A program made the translations under genes and the position numbers. The notes below the pieces were generated by a model. That model saw only the letters and a list, made by a program, of their open reading frames with translations. It was not told where the DNA came from and made no database searches. A stretch of DNA of 64,000 nucleotides from assembly GCA_004764695.1 (NCBI GenBank), contig SMSO01000025.1, forward strand, positions 2,542,001-2,606,000, given 5' to 3'. Below are positions 21,344 through 32,017 of the stretch, piece after piece. The DNA is from Schizochytrium sp. TIO01. Lineage: Eukaryota > Protista > Bigyra: Labyrinthulomycetes. The first letter of the stretch is position 1; each line of letters opens with the position of its first letter.

Positions 21344-24300
21344 ATGACTGATTTTGATGCTACAATTAACTACTTTGCAAGCGAGAAGCTCTACAAACAA
21401 GTTCAGACTGTTTGTGAGGACGCTGCAGCAAAGAGAGGCTGGGATGGCAAACTCATTTTCTGGAAGTGCTTTGGTTTGGCACAGGAAGGCAATGTAAATC
21501 AAGCTATCCGAGAGCTTGAAGACCTACGTCAAAAGCGCGACTTCGAGTTTGCTGCAATTGAAGCACTCCTTTACTTACATGGGAATGTCAAGCTTCAGGA
21601 CCATGCAGCAATCGCAGAACTTGAAGATGCGCGTAGTAGTGCCCAGGATCGCGCTTCGGATGTTGCAGTTCTCCTCACAGGTTCCTTTCTTATGCATATC
21701 AATGATTTGAGTCGCGCACGTCGTCTTGTGGACCGCGTTCTTGACAAAAATCCCATGAACATCAAAGCAGCCACGCTTCGTGGATGGATTGAAATCCGTG
21801 ATGCCGAGTCACAGGACTCACAGAGTGGTGAATCCCGGCGGGATGCAAAAAAGTCCACTGCACTACAATACTTTGACCAGGCACTGAATAGTGATCGCTC
21901 CGGCAAAAAAGACCTTGATGCTTTGATGGGGCGTATTGCTGGACTTCGTTATGAGAGCAAATACCCAGAAGCCCTTGAAGTTCTTGATCATGTGAGCATT
22001 ACCTATTCTTGGTTTCTTCCTGCTATCGTCGAAAAGGCAAAGCTTTTAATGCTTCAAGGTAGCTGGGACTTGGCACTTGAGCTTGCAGGAAGAGTTCTTG
22101 AAGAGGATCGTAGTAACATTTCAGCGATGCAAATTACAGCCATGTACAAAATTGTCAATACCAATGAAGTGTCTGATGTGTGCTTGGCAATTCAGACCTT
22201 TGCCGAAGCTCTCGAGCAGCAAGAACCCGAGAATCCGCTCCTGTGGGTGAACAGCATGAAGCCTTTCGCACGTTTGGCAGAGCGTAACACTGAGATTTTA
22301 CGCCGTACCGTTCGCGTAGTAGAACGTGCCAAACGTAAGTCCCCGGAGAGTCTTGAGATTGCTACCGAATATGCATACCAGCTTGCGCTGGCCGGAAAAC
22401 TCGATGCAGCATTTTCGGCATACATGAGTGCTTCACAACTTGATGAGTCAGACAGTGCTGCATTATTTGGACAGATCTATTGTCTCGTTCAAAGGGGTGA
22501 TCTTGAAGAGGCTTCTCAACAGCTCGAATTTCTCGCTGTTTTGCAAGAAACAATTGGGCGAAACGCCCAGATGGCCTTTTTAGAAGCTCTATTGAGCTGG
22601 AAACGCGACAAGAACCAACGTAAGAGTCTTAAGTTGTTGAATGAGACAGTTCAAATTCATGTTCGAGCGTTTCAGGCACAGAAGGGGTCATCCGTCTATG
22701 ATAATATTGTTCGCTTTAACCCAGATTTCATGTTTGAAATCGCTCGGGAGTATTTGCAGCATGCAGGAACTGAGCCACTTGATGCAAGTGAAAATGTACC
22801 CCAGTATCTATTGAATGGTATCAAACTTCTCGAGAAGGTAACAAAGTTTGTACCATGCATGTTATCTGCTTTGCTCGCTCTAGCTCGCGCAAGATATGTT
22901 GCAAACAACCTTGATGCTGCAACCAAGACAGTTCTTCAATGCCTTCGTCTTGATGCCAATTTTGCAGATGCCCATCTTGTTATGGCCCAAGTTCAACTTC
23001 ATCGGGAGGACTTTCAGGGGACACAATCATCCCTTGAACAAGCGCTGTCGCTTAACTTTAATGTTCGTGAAAGCATTACTTACAAGCTTGTAAAAGCTCG
23101 TTGTCTTCATGCGACTGGGGATATCGGGGAGGCCAAACTTCTTCTTGAGGCTGCTCTCATGTCTCCAGGGATCCGATCTGAAGCCACCGCGACTGATTCT
23201 GACCTCGATAAGCTATATGCGGGAGAAAATAGCTCTGCCAATGGAAACGCAACGTCAAAATCTAGCACGCGCCGCAGAAACTCTACAAGGCGTAACTCCC
23301 AGCTTGGAGAGGATGTAATAGTCAGCATGCACGACCGTGCATCGGTATTTGTAGATCTTGCTTCTGTATATGTTGCGCTGAAAGAGATGCGGAAAGCTAA
23401 AGTTGTAATTCGTGCAGCCAGAAAGGAATTTACTGGTACAAGTGAAGAAGTCCGCATTATCATTGCTGATGCAGAAATTGCGCTTAAGCGTAGCGACGTC
23501 AAAGGAGCCTTGCGCATGCTTTCTGAGGTGTCTCCTGACTCTCCAGCATTTACCAGGGCGCACCTGTTCAAGGCCAAAATCTACCTCGTTCATCGTAACG
23601 ACAAAGATGCATTCATCCAATGCTATGTGGAGCTTGTTGAGAGCAGCCTTTCGTCCCAGGGGCATGTTCTACTTGGTGAAGCATATATGCGTGTAAACCG
23701 ACCGGATGAAGCCATTGCTGCTTTTAAAGAAGCCCTCAAACGGAATCCAAAGGATGCAGCTTTGGCTCAGCGAATTGGGAAAGTTCTAGTTGCAACTCAT
23801 GACTATTCTCGAGCTGTTGACTATTACAAGTCTGCTCTTCGTAGTGGAGACAACGGCGCTGGACGCCACTCCTTGCGTTATGATTTGAGTAAACTATACT
23901 TTGACTTGGGCAAACATTCGAAGGCCGAGCGAGAGTTGCAAGCGTCTTTGTCTGAGCTAGAAAATGAAGGTGGTGATGTTGAAGAATCGAAGAGTAGCCG
24001 CCGTTCAAGTGCTGCTCGAGGTGATATAGGACTCGACAACCTTCTTGCTCAGGTCAGTGCTTTGAAGCTAATGGCTAAAGTGCACGAGGCTGCTGGAGAA
24101 CAAGAAAAGGTTGTTGAAGCTCTAAACCAGGCACGCACTGTTCAAAATCGAGCTGTGAGCATGAGAAGAGATGTACTTGGTTCCGAAGCCATGCGTCGCG
24201 CTAAAAATGAGCTGGCTTCAATCACTTTGCTGCTTGCACAACACTTTGAGCGGGTTCAAAAGGACGAAGATCAAGCTATTGCTCTCTACAACGAAGCTCT

Positions 24301-25492
24301 TCGCCATGATAACAGTAATGTTTCAGCTATGCTTGCATTAGCAAAGTTGCATCTACGCTCTGGAGATTTAGAGCGCTGTAATTCGCAGTGTGTCACGATC
24401 CTCCGTGTAGACGAGCAGAATGAAGAAGCTTCAATGATGCTTGCAGACCTTATGTTTCAGAGAAATGAATTTAAGGTCGCTATTTACCACTACCAACAAC
24501 TGCTGGAGCGAAACCCAGCCAACTTCCCAGCTTTAGCTCGGTTAGTTGCGCTCCTATATCGTGCTGGTGAGCTTGGTGATGCAACACGCTACTTTCAGCT
24601 TGCTGAATTTCGATCCCCGCAAGTGGTTCATGCTCCTGGGTTTGCATACTGCAAAGGCCTCTTCCACCGCTATGGAAACGCAATCACAGATGCGATCTCG
24701 CAATTTAACAAAGCTAGGCGTGATGTCATCTGGGGCGAGCGCGCTCTTACTCATATGGTCGAGATTTACCTGAATCCCGATAATGCTAATCTGTGGGAGG
24801 ATGAGGGATCAATTGTTGATGCTGCGGATGATATTACTCAGCAAGAAGCAGTCAAAACTGCTGAAAAGCTCTTGGAAGAGTATCCAAATCAAGAAAGCAT
24901 AAATTTTCGCATTTTGTCTTGTTATGCCACTATGGCTACCAAAAAGCGACCTGATGTTGAGCGTGCGTTTCAAAAACTCGTTGAAATCGTCCAAGAGAAC
25001 CAAGATCATGTTCCTAGTCTCCTCGCATTGTCAACTGCCTTAATGATGATGAAACAGACTCCTAAAGCGCGCAATCAGTTGAAACGTATCTCAAAAATGC
25101 CTTATGACCAAGAACAAGCCGATGCTTTTGAAAGGTGCTGGCTGCTTCTAGCTGATATCTTTGTGAGTGCAGGCAAGTACGATCTTGCGCAAGATCTTTG
25201 TAAACGTTGCCTACAATACAATAGGTCATGCGCAAAGGCATGGGATGTCATGGGTGTAATTATGGAGAAGGAGGCATCATATGCTTCAGCAGCAGAACAT
25301 TATGAGCAAGCGTGGAAATATGATTGCATGGCATCTGCAACAGTAGGATACAAGCTGGCCTTTAACTACCTGAAAGCGAAGCGCTACGTAGAAGCTATCG
25401 ATATTTCTCAACAGGTCCTCAAGCAGTATCCTCAGTACCCAAAGATTCGGAAAGAGATTCTAGACAAAGCTCGGGCATCAATTCGCGCCTGA
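21344..25492 (+). CDS. IFT139: Intraflagellar transport protein IFT139 / TTC21B (IFT-A, TPR repeats)
   Basis: 1382-aa all-TPR protein with TTC21-typical segments FLPAIVEKAKL, LLGEAYM, KQTPKARNQLKRI, WLLLADI, YNRSCAKAW, GYKLAFNYLKAKRYVEAIDI and YPKIRKEILDKARASIR. Confidence 0.95.
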   Translation: MTDFDATINYFASEKLYKQVQTVCEDAAAKRGWDGKLIFWKCFGLAQEGNVNQAIRELEDLRQKRDFEFAAIEALLYLHGNVKLQDHAAIAELEDARSSAQDRASDVAVLLTGSFLMHINDLSRARRLVDRVLDKNPMNIKAATLRGWIEIRDAESQDSQSGESRRDAKKSTALQYFDQALNSDRSGKKDLDALMGRIAGLRYESKYPEALEVLDHVSITYSWFLPAIVEKAKLLMLQGSWDLALELAGRVLEEDRSNISAMQITAMYKIVNTNEVSDVCLAIQTFAEALEQQEPENPLLWVNSMKPFARLAERNTEILRRTVRVVERAKRKSPESLEIATEYAYQLALAGKLDAAFSAYMSASQLDESDSAALFGQIYCLVQRGDLEEASQQLEFLAVLQETIGRNAQMAFLEALLSWKRDKNQRKSLKLLNETVQIHVRAFQAQKGSSVYDNIVRFNPDFMFEIAREYLQHAGTEPLDASENVPQYLLNGIKLLEKVTKFVPCMLSALLALARARYVANNLDAATKTVLQCLRLDANFADAHLVMAQVQLHREDFQGTQSSLEQALSLNFNVRESITYKLVKARCLHATGDIGEAKLLLEAALMSPGIRSEATATDSDLDKLYAGENSSANGNATSKSSTRRRNSTRRNSQLGEDVIVSMHDRASVFVDLASVYVALKEMRKAKVVIRAARKEFTGTSEEVRIIIADAEIALKRSDVKGALRMLSEVSPDSPAFTRAHLFKAKIYLVHRNDKDAFIQCYVELVESSLSSQGHVLLGEAYMRVNRPDEAIAAFKEALKRNPKDAALAQRIGKVLVATHDYSRAVDYYKSALRSGDNGAGRHSLRYDLSKLYFDLGKHSKAERELQASLSELENEGGDVEESKSSRRSSAARGDIGLDNLLAQVSALKLMAKVHEAAGEQEKVVEALNQARTVQNRAVSMRRDVLGSEAMRRAKNELASITLLLAQHFERVQKDEDQAIALYNEALRHDNSNVSAMLALAKLHLRSGDLERCNSQCVTILRVDEQNEEASMMLADLMFQRNEFKVAIYHYQQLLERNPANFPALARLVALLYRAGELGDATRYFQLAEFRSPQVVHAPGFAYCKGLFHRYGNAITDAISQFNKARRDVIWGERALTHMVEIYLNPDNANLWEDEGSIVDAADDITQQEAVKTAEKLLEEYPNQESINFRILSCYATMATKKRPDVERAFQKLVEIVQENQDHVPSLLALSTALMMMKQTPKARNQLKRISKMPYDQEQADAFERCWLLLADIFVSAGKYDLAQDLCKRCLQYNRSCAKAWDVMGVIMEKEASYASAAEHYEQAWKYDCMASATVGYKLAFNYLKAKRYVEAIDISQQVLKQYPQYPKIRKEILDKARASIRA

Positions 25493-25684
25493 TTTCTGAC
25501 AAAGAATAAAGAGAGCAAAATTAACAACTTTGGTCCTATTTTAAAATTCAATTTAATTTTTTATGAGCTATCTTGCTCTGAATTTGTGCCAAGAATTTTC
25601 GAGCCGTAGACATATTTCAAAGGCAATGCTCGGACAAATTGATTCAAGTTATCCTGAGTTTAAAAGCGGCAATTAGGATTATAT

Positions 25685-26151
25685 TCAACCATTAAATGGG
25701 TATGAGGGCTTGAGAACGGTGGATCTTTTGACCTTGAAGGGGCTCTCAAAGGTCTCCAGCGCGATTTTAGAGCGAGCTTCTTTTACTTGGTCGATTTTGT
25801 TGTCGAGCTCTGCGACACGCTTAGAAAGTTCGTCAATTCGATCCTCCATTTTGCCAACTTTTTGCCCAGGGAAATACACATCACTCCAGTTTTCGTACCA
25901 TTTATCGGTCATGACCTTTTCATTTTGAGTTCATTCCGTTGAATACAAGTGCTTGCATTGTTAGTCTCCAATTGATTTTAGAATGCAGTAAATAAGGCAT
26001 GGCAGGGTACATGACATCATTTAATCGTCATGCCTACATGCCGAGGCCCAACAGCCTAACTTACCATTTCCTTTTCGCAATGCGCCGCCCATTGTTTCAT
26101 CACGTTGATGGGATTCGGTTGTGAGCTAGAAGCAGCATGGTTGCGAGACAT
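25685..26151 (-). CDS. Small spliced protein (105 aa), C20orf85/C2orf50-like candidate ciliary microtubule-inner protein; exons 26151-26065 and 25915-25685
   Basis: Exon 1 is MSRNHAASSSQPNPINVMKQWAAHCEKEM, ending at a GTAAGT donor (26064). Branch site GACTAAC and an AAG acceptor at 25916 lead into exon 2, VMTDKWYENWSDVYFPG..., which has a coiled coil. The spliced W....E.E.....W.ENWS motif resembles C20orf85/C2orf50. Confidence 0.7.
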
Positions 26152-26850
26152 CTTCTATGCGATGCTTAAATTCGGAGTTGCAACAAAGGTCTAATACCTC
26201 CTTAGCCCCTTCCTGTTCCTCGATGCGCTCCTTTCGCTTGCGGCTCTTGCGAAAGCAAGAGCAGCTTTATCCTAACTTGAATATTGGTCGACGCAAAGAA
26301 ATTGGCGAGTAGAAGTAAGTCTCTATAGTATATGTATTGTGCGTGTTCTTACATTCAGCAATGCAAGCATTCAAAGTTCTTCCATTCTCATATGTGAGTG
26401 TGCCATTACTATGTCTAGCCTGTGCACTGTTCCTCAAGTTTAAGAGCTACTTTGAATGATCTTCTTTTTCAAAAAGAAAAAGTGGTTCCTATCAGAAACT
26501 TAATATTCGTAAGACCATGCAGAAAACTTAGAATTTTCAACGGATCATTTTAGAGAACTTAGGGTGTGTACCTGTCCTCAAGATTTAGGGTCACATATAG
26601 CAAATAGCTTACAGAACACAATCCAAAAGCTTATACATTGCCTACTAAATTTAAGTATGAAGAAATTGTCATTGCAGCGCTTTAGCCTAAACTCAAGCTT
26701 AAAGAGTTTAAAGTGCCTGTTGACAAGAGAAGCTGAGGCTAATATACTGGAAGGTGCAAACGGTTTGCAGAAAGTACTGTCATCCGTACTATTGGCGCCG
26801 CAGTTTCACAGTTGACAAAGTAGGTGGTAGCTTCATAGCGAAAGCACATC

Positions 26851-28506
26851 ATGCTTGCTGGCAGAGTCAGTGTCACCGAAGCGTTGCGTCGGAAACTTGA
26901 CCTCTCTGTAGGTAGGCCAGAAACGCAGCGTGAAGAATGCACCCACTACATCACTCGAAACCAAGAGTCTGTTCGAAAGATAGAGCTTTCTGGGGATTCG
27001 AAAAGGGCAAATGAGCGTGCTATGGTGCGCAGAGAACAAGCAGAGTTTGAAAAGAGGCTTCAGCAGCTCCGTCTTGTTGAGGATTCAGATTCAGATTCAG
27101 ATTCAGATGTAGAAGGTGACGACAATGAAACCAAGGGTATTCATTTAAAGAAGTCCCTTAGTGCTATTCCTCGAGGAAGGGTTCAAGCTGACTTGAGTTG
27201 GAGCGAACAAGCGGAAGAACTCGATGTGGCTATTAAAGGCCGAAGAACAAAATCAAAGGCACGATTCTCAGAAGTTTGTAAACGGCTTCGTACTCTCAAA
27301 CTGCGTAATTGCGGTATATTAGAAATGGATGATGGTCTTTTGAAGCTAAGTACGCTTGAAGAATTAAACCTAAGCCGCAACAAACTATATTGCGTTCGTA
27401 ACCTTCCTCCTTCATTGCTCTCGTTTAATGCGTTTGACAATTCGATCAATCGCCTTGAGCTTAGTGACTCTATTGCTGCAAAACATCTTCTGCATCTGGG
27501 ACTAGGGTACAATCACGTTTCCAGTGTGGAGCCATGGATACAAGATTGCTCCTCCTTATTGTCTTTGGATCTTAGTTACAATTGCATTTGTAACTTGGAG
27601 GCTACACTTGCGGCTTTATCATCGTTTGTACCACGCTTGCGAATTTTGCATCTTCAAGGGAACCCCATTGCTCTTTTGCCTAAGTATCGAACACAGGTGC
27701 ATCGGCATCTTCCTCAGCTCAAAATTCTTGACGATGTAAAATTTGAAGAAGAAGATACAAGCGAAGCTCGGGGAGAGGAAATGCTTGACGTTGATGCCTC
27801 AATTCAGGTTCATTGCACAGTTTCTTCAATGAATATAGTGCTAGTTCCAGCAGAACCGTTGATAGAGGGCGAAGAATCAGAATCTAAGGAAGACGTAAGC
27901 GTAAATGCAAGTGAAGAAGAGAATAATCATGAGGAGGTTCCGTTTGAACGCCGTAAACTTTTCGTTCGGATGGTCTTCCCTCATGAGGAATTCAAGGACT
28001 CACAGCTTGTAGAATTTCGTATTCCCCAAGACGAAGATGAGGCGAACGCAGAAAGCGATGGAATCCTGAACTTTAGCTTTGAAAATTATGCCATGAATTG
28101 TGCATATCGTCCTTCAGTACAACTTCGAGATATGCTTGAGCTGAGAGGTATCTATTTTGAGCTCTTCTTGGTCTCTGAGGTATGTAAATATTCGAAAGAT
28201 AATGTCGCTGATGCGGCTGCGGAACACAATGAGAATGAAGAGCCTGACTCGGCAATAGACGCAGAATCAAAGCTTATTGTGTGTAAGAGTCATGAAGAGC
28301 TTGTCGCTTCTGGAGCGCTTAGTACGCTAAACTGTTTGGCTCCAGAAGTGATGTCTTCTGTCGAATCCCTTGACGAAAAAGTGCCTCTTATATGTATGAA
28401 ATCGGCTACTGATAAGCCTGCCATAATTAAGGAAGTTTCTCTGAAAGTATCGTTTTCTCTGAATGCGCCAAGCCAAAATTCAGCAGGGGAGGATAACATG
28501 CCATGA
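26851..28506 (+). CDS. LRRC43: SDS22-type leucine-rich repeat protein, LRRC43-like, with a beta-rich C-terminal domain
   Basis: LRR run MDDGLLKLSTLEELNLSRN..LPPSL..LLHLGLGYN..LLSLDLSYN..LRILHLQGNPIALLPKYR..LKILDD with an LRRcap, matching the LRRC43 pattern as I recall it. Confidence 0.7.
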   Translation: MLAGRVSVTEALRRKLDLSVGRPETQREECTHYITRNQESVRKIELSGDSKRANERAMVRREQAEFEKRLQQLRLVEDSDSDSDSDVEGDDNETKGIHLKKSLSAIPRGRVQADLSWSEQAEELDVAIKGRRTKSKARFSEVCKRLRTLKLRNCGILEMDDGLLKLSTLEELNLSRNKLYCVRNLPPSLLSFNAFDNSINRLELSDSIAAKHLLHLGLGYNHVSSVEPWIQDCSSLLSLDLSYNCICNLEATLAALSSFVPRLRILHLQGNPIALLPKYRTQVHRHLPQLKILDDVKFEEEDTSEARGEEMLDVDASIQVHCTVSSMNIVLVPAEPLIEGEESESKEDVSVNASEEENNHEEVPFERRKLFVRMVFPHEEFKDSQLVEFRIPQDEDEANAESDGILNFSFENYAMNCAYRPSVQLRDMLELRGIYFELFLVSEVCKYSKDNVADAAAEHNENEEPDSAIDAESKLIVCKSHEELVASGALSTLNCLAPEVMSSVESLDEKVPLICMKSATDKPAIIKEVSLKVSFSLNAPSQNSAGEDNMP

Positions 28507-29444
28507 CTTAGTAAAGTAGACGTAACATACATACATTGAATATATCCATACTTGTATAAATTTGCCTACAAATTTTGTGCTTTCTTATTTGCTTTCACCA
28601 AAAGAATCTTCATATTTCCTCTCATATATGTGCACCAAAACCTTTCAAATGGACGTGTGTTTCGGAATCCAAACTCCTATTTCTCTCTGTCTTTTTTGTA
28701 TACAGTCTCCACTATGCAGCCGGGAGGACTGTCTTCCTGTAGTCAAGAAAAAATCAACACTCAATATTCTGTTTTTCCCTACACGTCTTTCATATCTTGG
28801 TGCATTTGCTATGCACAGGAACGAGCTGTCTCATCAGCCTATAAACGCCATTGCCGTGTCGAATAATCTCTTCGCCATGCCACAGTCTCAGAGATTATCC
28901 GCTCTCCATCGCATATTGACCCACACTCCACTAGCCTAGCCACCGCGGAAGAAGAATTGACCCGAATGGTAGTGAACCAAAGTCTTTGCTTCCGCCGAAT
29001 CACCGCCTCCAAGTTTGCTGCTCTGGATAAGACTTGTCTAAGGCCTTCTTATGCGCAAACTAACAATAATGATGCACGATGGCCAAACTAATCGCTATTT
29101 TTTGCAATGTTTAGACAGGTATATCCCGCCTGACGCAGCTACGGTTCGTGTTTTATAAATGATTGCTTGATAATGGAAACTTAGCGCAGCAAACCTCGTA
29201 CAGCAAATTACCATTGCTGAAGATATGTTGGAGGAGTATGAATCGTGGCTAGACAATAACATTCGTTGACATATATTGCTTGGAAGAAGATTTATAAAAT
29301 CTGTAATTAGTCAACAGTAGGACCTCTAGAGAGGTAAAGCGGCAAACTTCAATCTTCAAAGGCAAACATCGAACCATAGAATATCTTTCTGCAATCCTTC
29401 GTCGGGCGACTTCTCGGAAGACTTCATAGCCGCCAACTCACACG

Positions 29445-30710
29445 ATGGCGCACTTTGCAGAGGCCGGAAGGTCTCTCTTCGTGGAGGCTGTAGGCTCAAC
29501 GGCTCACGCCGTAGGCGGAAACTTTGATGAATGGCACGCTTGCATCCGCATCATCGGAGCTTACGACCTGCCCAAAGCCGATGGGATGTTTGGCAAAATT
29601 GATCCTTATGCGATCTTGCGAGGAGACGTCGCGTCCTCTGCAGCCAGAACTCATGCTTTGCAGCGCAATTATAACCCCGTGTGGAATGCAGATGCCATTA
29701 TCACCTCGTCGGATCGCGGTGCTTCCCTCGACGTTTGGGATGAAGACACCATGTCAAATGACGACAAGGTTGCCACTGTGAGGTTACCTGCCATTTCCAC
29801 CATGGTTATAGGTCAGCCGATATCGCTAGATCTCTCCCTGCTCAAGGGAAAGCCCCGGGGCAAAGCTCGTGTCGAAGTGCAACTCGTTTGGCGTGTAAGG
29901 ACCGCACGCGCCCTGGCTGAACGCAGCCCACATGCAGTCCTTGCACAGCCCAACATCGTGAACTTTCGTCTCCCGGATTTTGAAGGCCAGGGCCCGATGT
30001 TCTTGAGTCTTGAATTTGAGAAAGGTGGCAAGCGAGCAGATGTTCGCATCATCGAGACCAGCCCGCCAGAGCAGCATTCACAGTGCTGGGTCCAAATGTT
30101 TGGAGTCCCTGGAGATGATCATGATAAGATCAGATACCAAAGCATGAAGCACGAGCCAAAGCAGGTATGCGGTATTTCCTGCTGGCGTGAAACCAAGCTT
30201 GATGACGTGCCTTCGTTTGCACTTTCTCGTATTTCCGTCAGGATCTCTCGTGTTGCAACCGTAACGTATGCGGATACTCTTAGTGCACTCTCACAAGAGC
30301 ATGGTTGGCGGGGAATGCTCAATTATCAGGCAGCAAAACGAACCCTAGTCAACTGTCAGTTTGATGATGACCATCAGTATGCGTACTTTGTTGAAGCAGA
30401 CAAGGGTTTCGCATTTCAGAACGATTGGGATTCTGATAATTGCGACTTGACCATCTTGGCGTTTGACACTTACGTGCAGGCAGGGTTTGTTGTGGATATG
30501 ACCCATAAGAAGACAACTAAACGGACGCATAGGATCTATCGTCCTGGCCACCCCAAGCTTCTAAAGGGTCTCCATGGCCTTGCTATTGGTCAACTTGCTA
30601 GTATTGATGACCTCCCCATGCCTATGGCACATGCTGACCTCACGATGTCAGTCTTTCAGCTCTACTCGGGCCCAAATGAATACACAGTTGGCCAACTCTT
30701 ACCGATGTAG
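29445..30710 (+). CDS. C2-domain protein with an uncharacterised C-terminal region
   Basis: IRIIGAYDLPKADGMFGKIDPYAIL..RT...NYNPVWN..LDVWDEDTMSNDD is a Ca2+-type C2 domain with its acidic ligands retained. 421-aa ORF. Confidence 0.85.
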   Translation: MAHFAEAGRSLFVEAVGSTAHAVGGNFDEWHACIRIIGAYDLPKADGMFGKIDPYAILRGDVASSAARTHALQRNYNPVWNADAIITSSDRGASLDVWDEDTMSNDDKVATVRLPAISTMVIGQPISLDLSLLKGKPRGKARVEVQLVWRVRTARALAERSPHAVLAQPNIVNFRLPDFEGQGPMFLSLEFEKGGKRADVRIIETSPPEQHSQCWVQMFGVPGDDHDKIRYQSMKHEPKQVCGISCWRETKLDDVPSFALSRISVRISRVATVTYADTLSALSQEHGWRGMLNYQAAKRTLVNCQFDDDHQYAYFVEADKGFAFQNDWDSDNCDLTILAFDTYVQAGFVVDMTHKKTTKRTHRIYRPGHPKLLKGLHGLAIGQLASIDDLPMPMAHADLTMSVFQLYSGPNEYTVGQLLPM

Positions 30711-32017
30711 TAAGCTCCTCGAAATCTTGTGGTTGCATGCACAGGCTAAATGCAGACGGAAGGGAATGTCAATAGTAACAAATCCCAGAGTTAAAACTGA
30801 ACACATTTTTTCAATGAACTAAACGTTGAAAACACAATCATCAATATTTCCATTTATCAAACTTGTTATTTTACATCCTTGACTAGCAGTAACAGCAAGT
30901 CTGGCGTGCTTCTTCGTGGCTGGTTCCCTACCGTAATGACTTTTCGCGCTCACACTCCAGTTGATTGGAAAACCTACTTTTTCCTTACTAAGTAGAATCG
31001 AACGTAATTTACCGAGAGACACAGTGGTAAACTATACCTTCTTGATGGACTCCTCACGTTAACTAGTCTGACGCATGCGTTAGGTACTGGGTGTGACAAA
31101 GGAATAATCCCTCTCAGAAAATGCATCCACCTCAAAGCCTAAGCACTCTCGAAAAAACAAAATAACAATTGGAATCCAGTACCAGTACAATTAGTGATCG
31201 TGCACGACTCACAATACCTACCTTCTTCAGTTTCACAAACACATAATCTGGACCGAGTATCAGTTCCAGCGCAAGACAGTATTGCACCTCCTTGAGAAAA
31301 GGGTCTCGACCATGATGAAATAAAGTTAAATAACCTATGAGGAATTTAGCTAGTCGTGTGGGACACCATCAGATTTAGATGATGGAGTCGCACTGTGACT
31401 CCGATCCTATATGCTGTTTCTTTTTCTTTTTCTTCTTTTCGATGTTTAAACATTTCTCATTTGTTCTTTTATTACCTAGACACTACCTCTCTACTATTTA
31501 GTACTACCTACCTACGCCCATACAATTTATTAGCCTGTAGTCTGAAAGCTTGAATAGAAAATCATGCGGCAAACAACCGACCGATAGACACCGCCTTCGG
31601 TTTAGGCCTCGAAACATACCTCACCATCTAGTCTCAAGGCACTTGAAAGCAATTCGTAGCCTCTAATTTGTTTTTAGTCTAATTTTGGGCGAAGAAAGAA
31701 CTTTGGAAGAAAGGAATTCCATTCAAGATTTGCCTTGATATTTGATACTGAGGGAGCTAATAGAGAAAGGTTCTACCTAATGAGATAGGAGTATTAGAAA
31801 AAAGAAAAAAGAAAATGGAATAGAACAAAAGAGGGTAAAATCAGACGAAAGCATTCGTAATGACGACGAAGGTGGAATGAGGAGAGCCTCGCTACAAGTT
31901 CTGGCACAGCAAACCTCAATTGGCTCAGAGCGCCTTGCCTGCAGACGCTCAGCACTTCGTGCCAGAACACGTGCAGTTAAATTGGGCCAAGGGCAAGTTT
32001 CCCCGGAAGCTGTGAAG

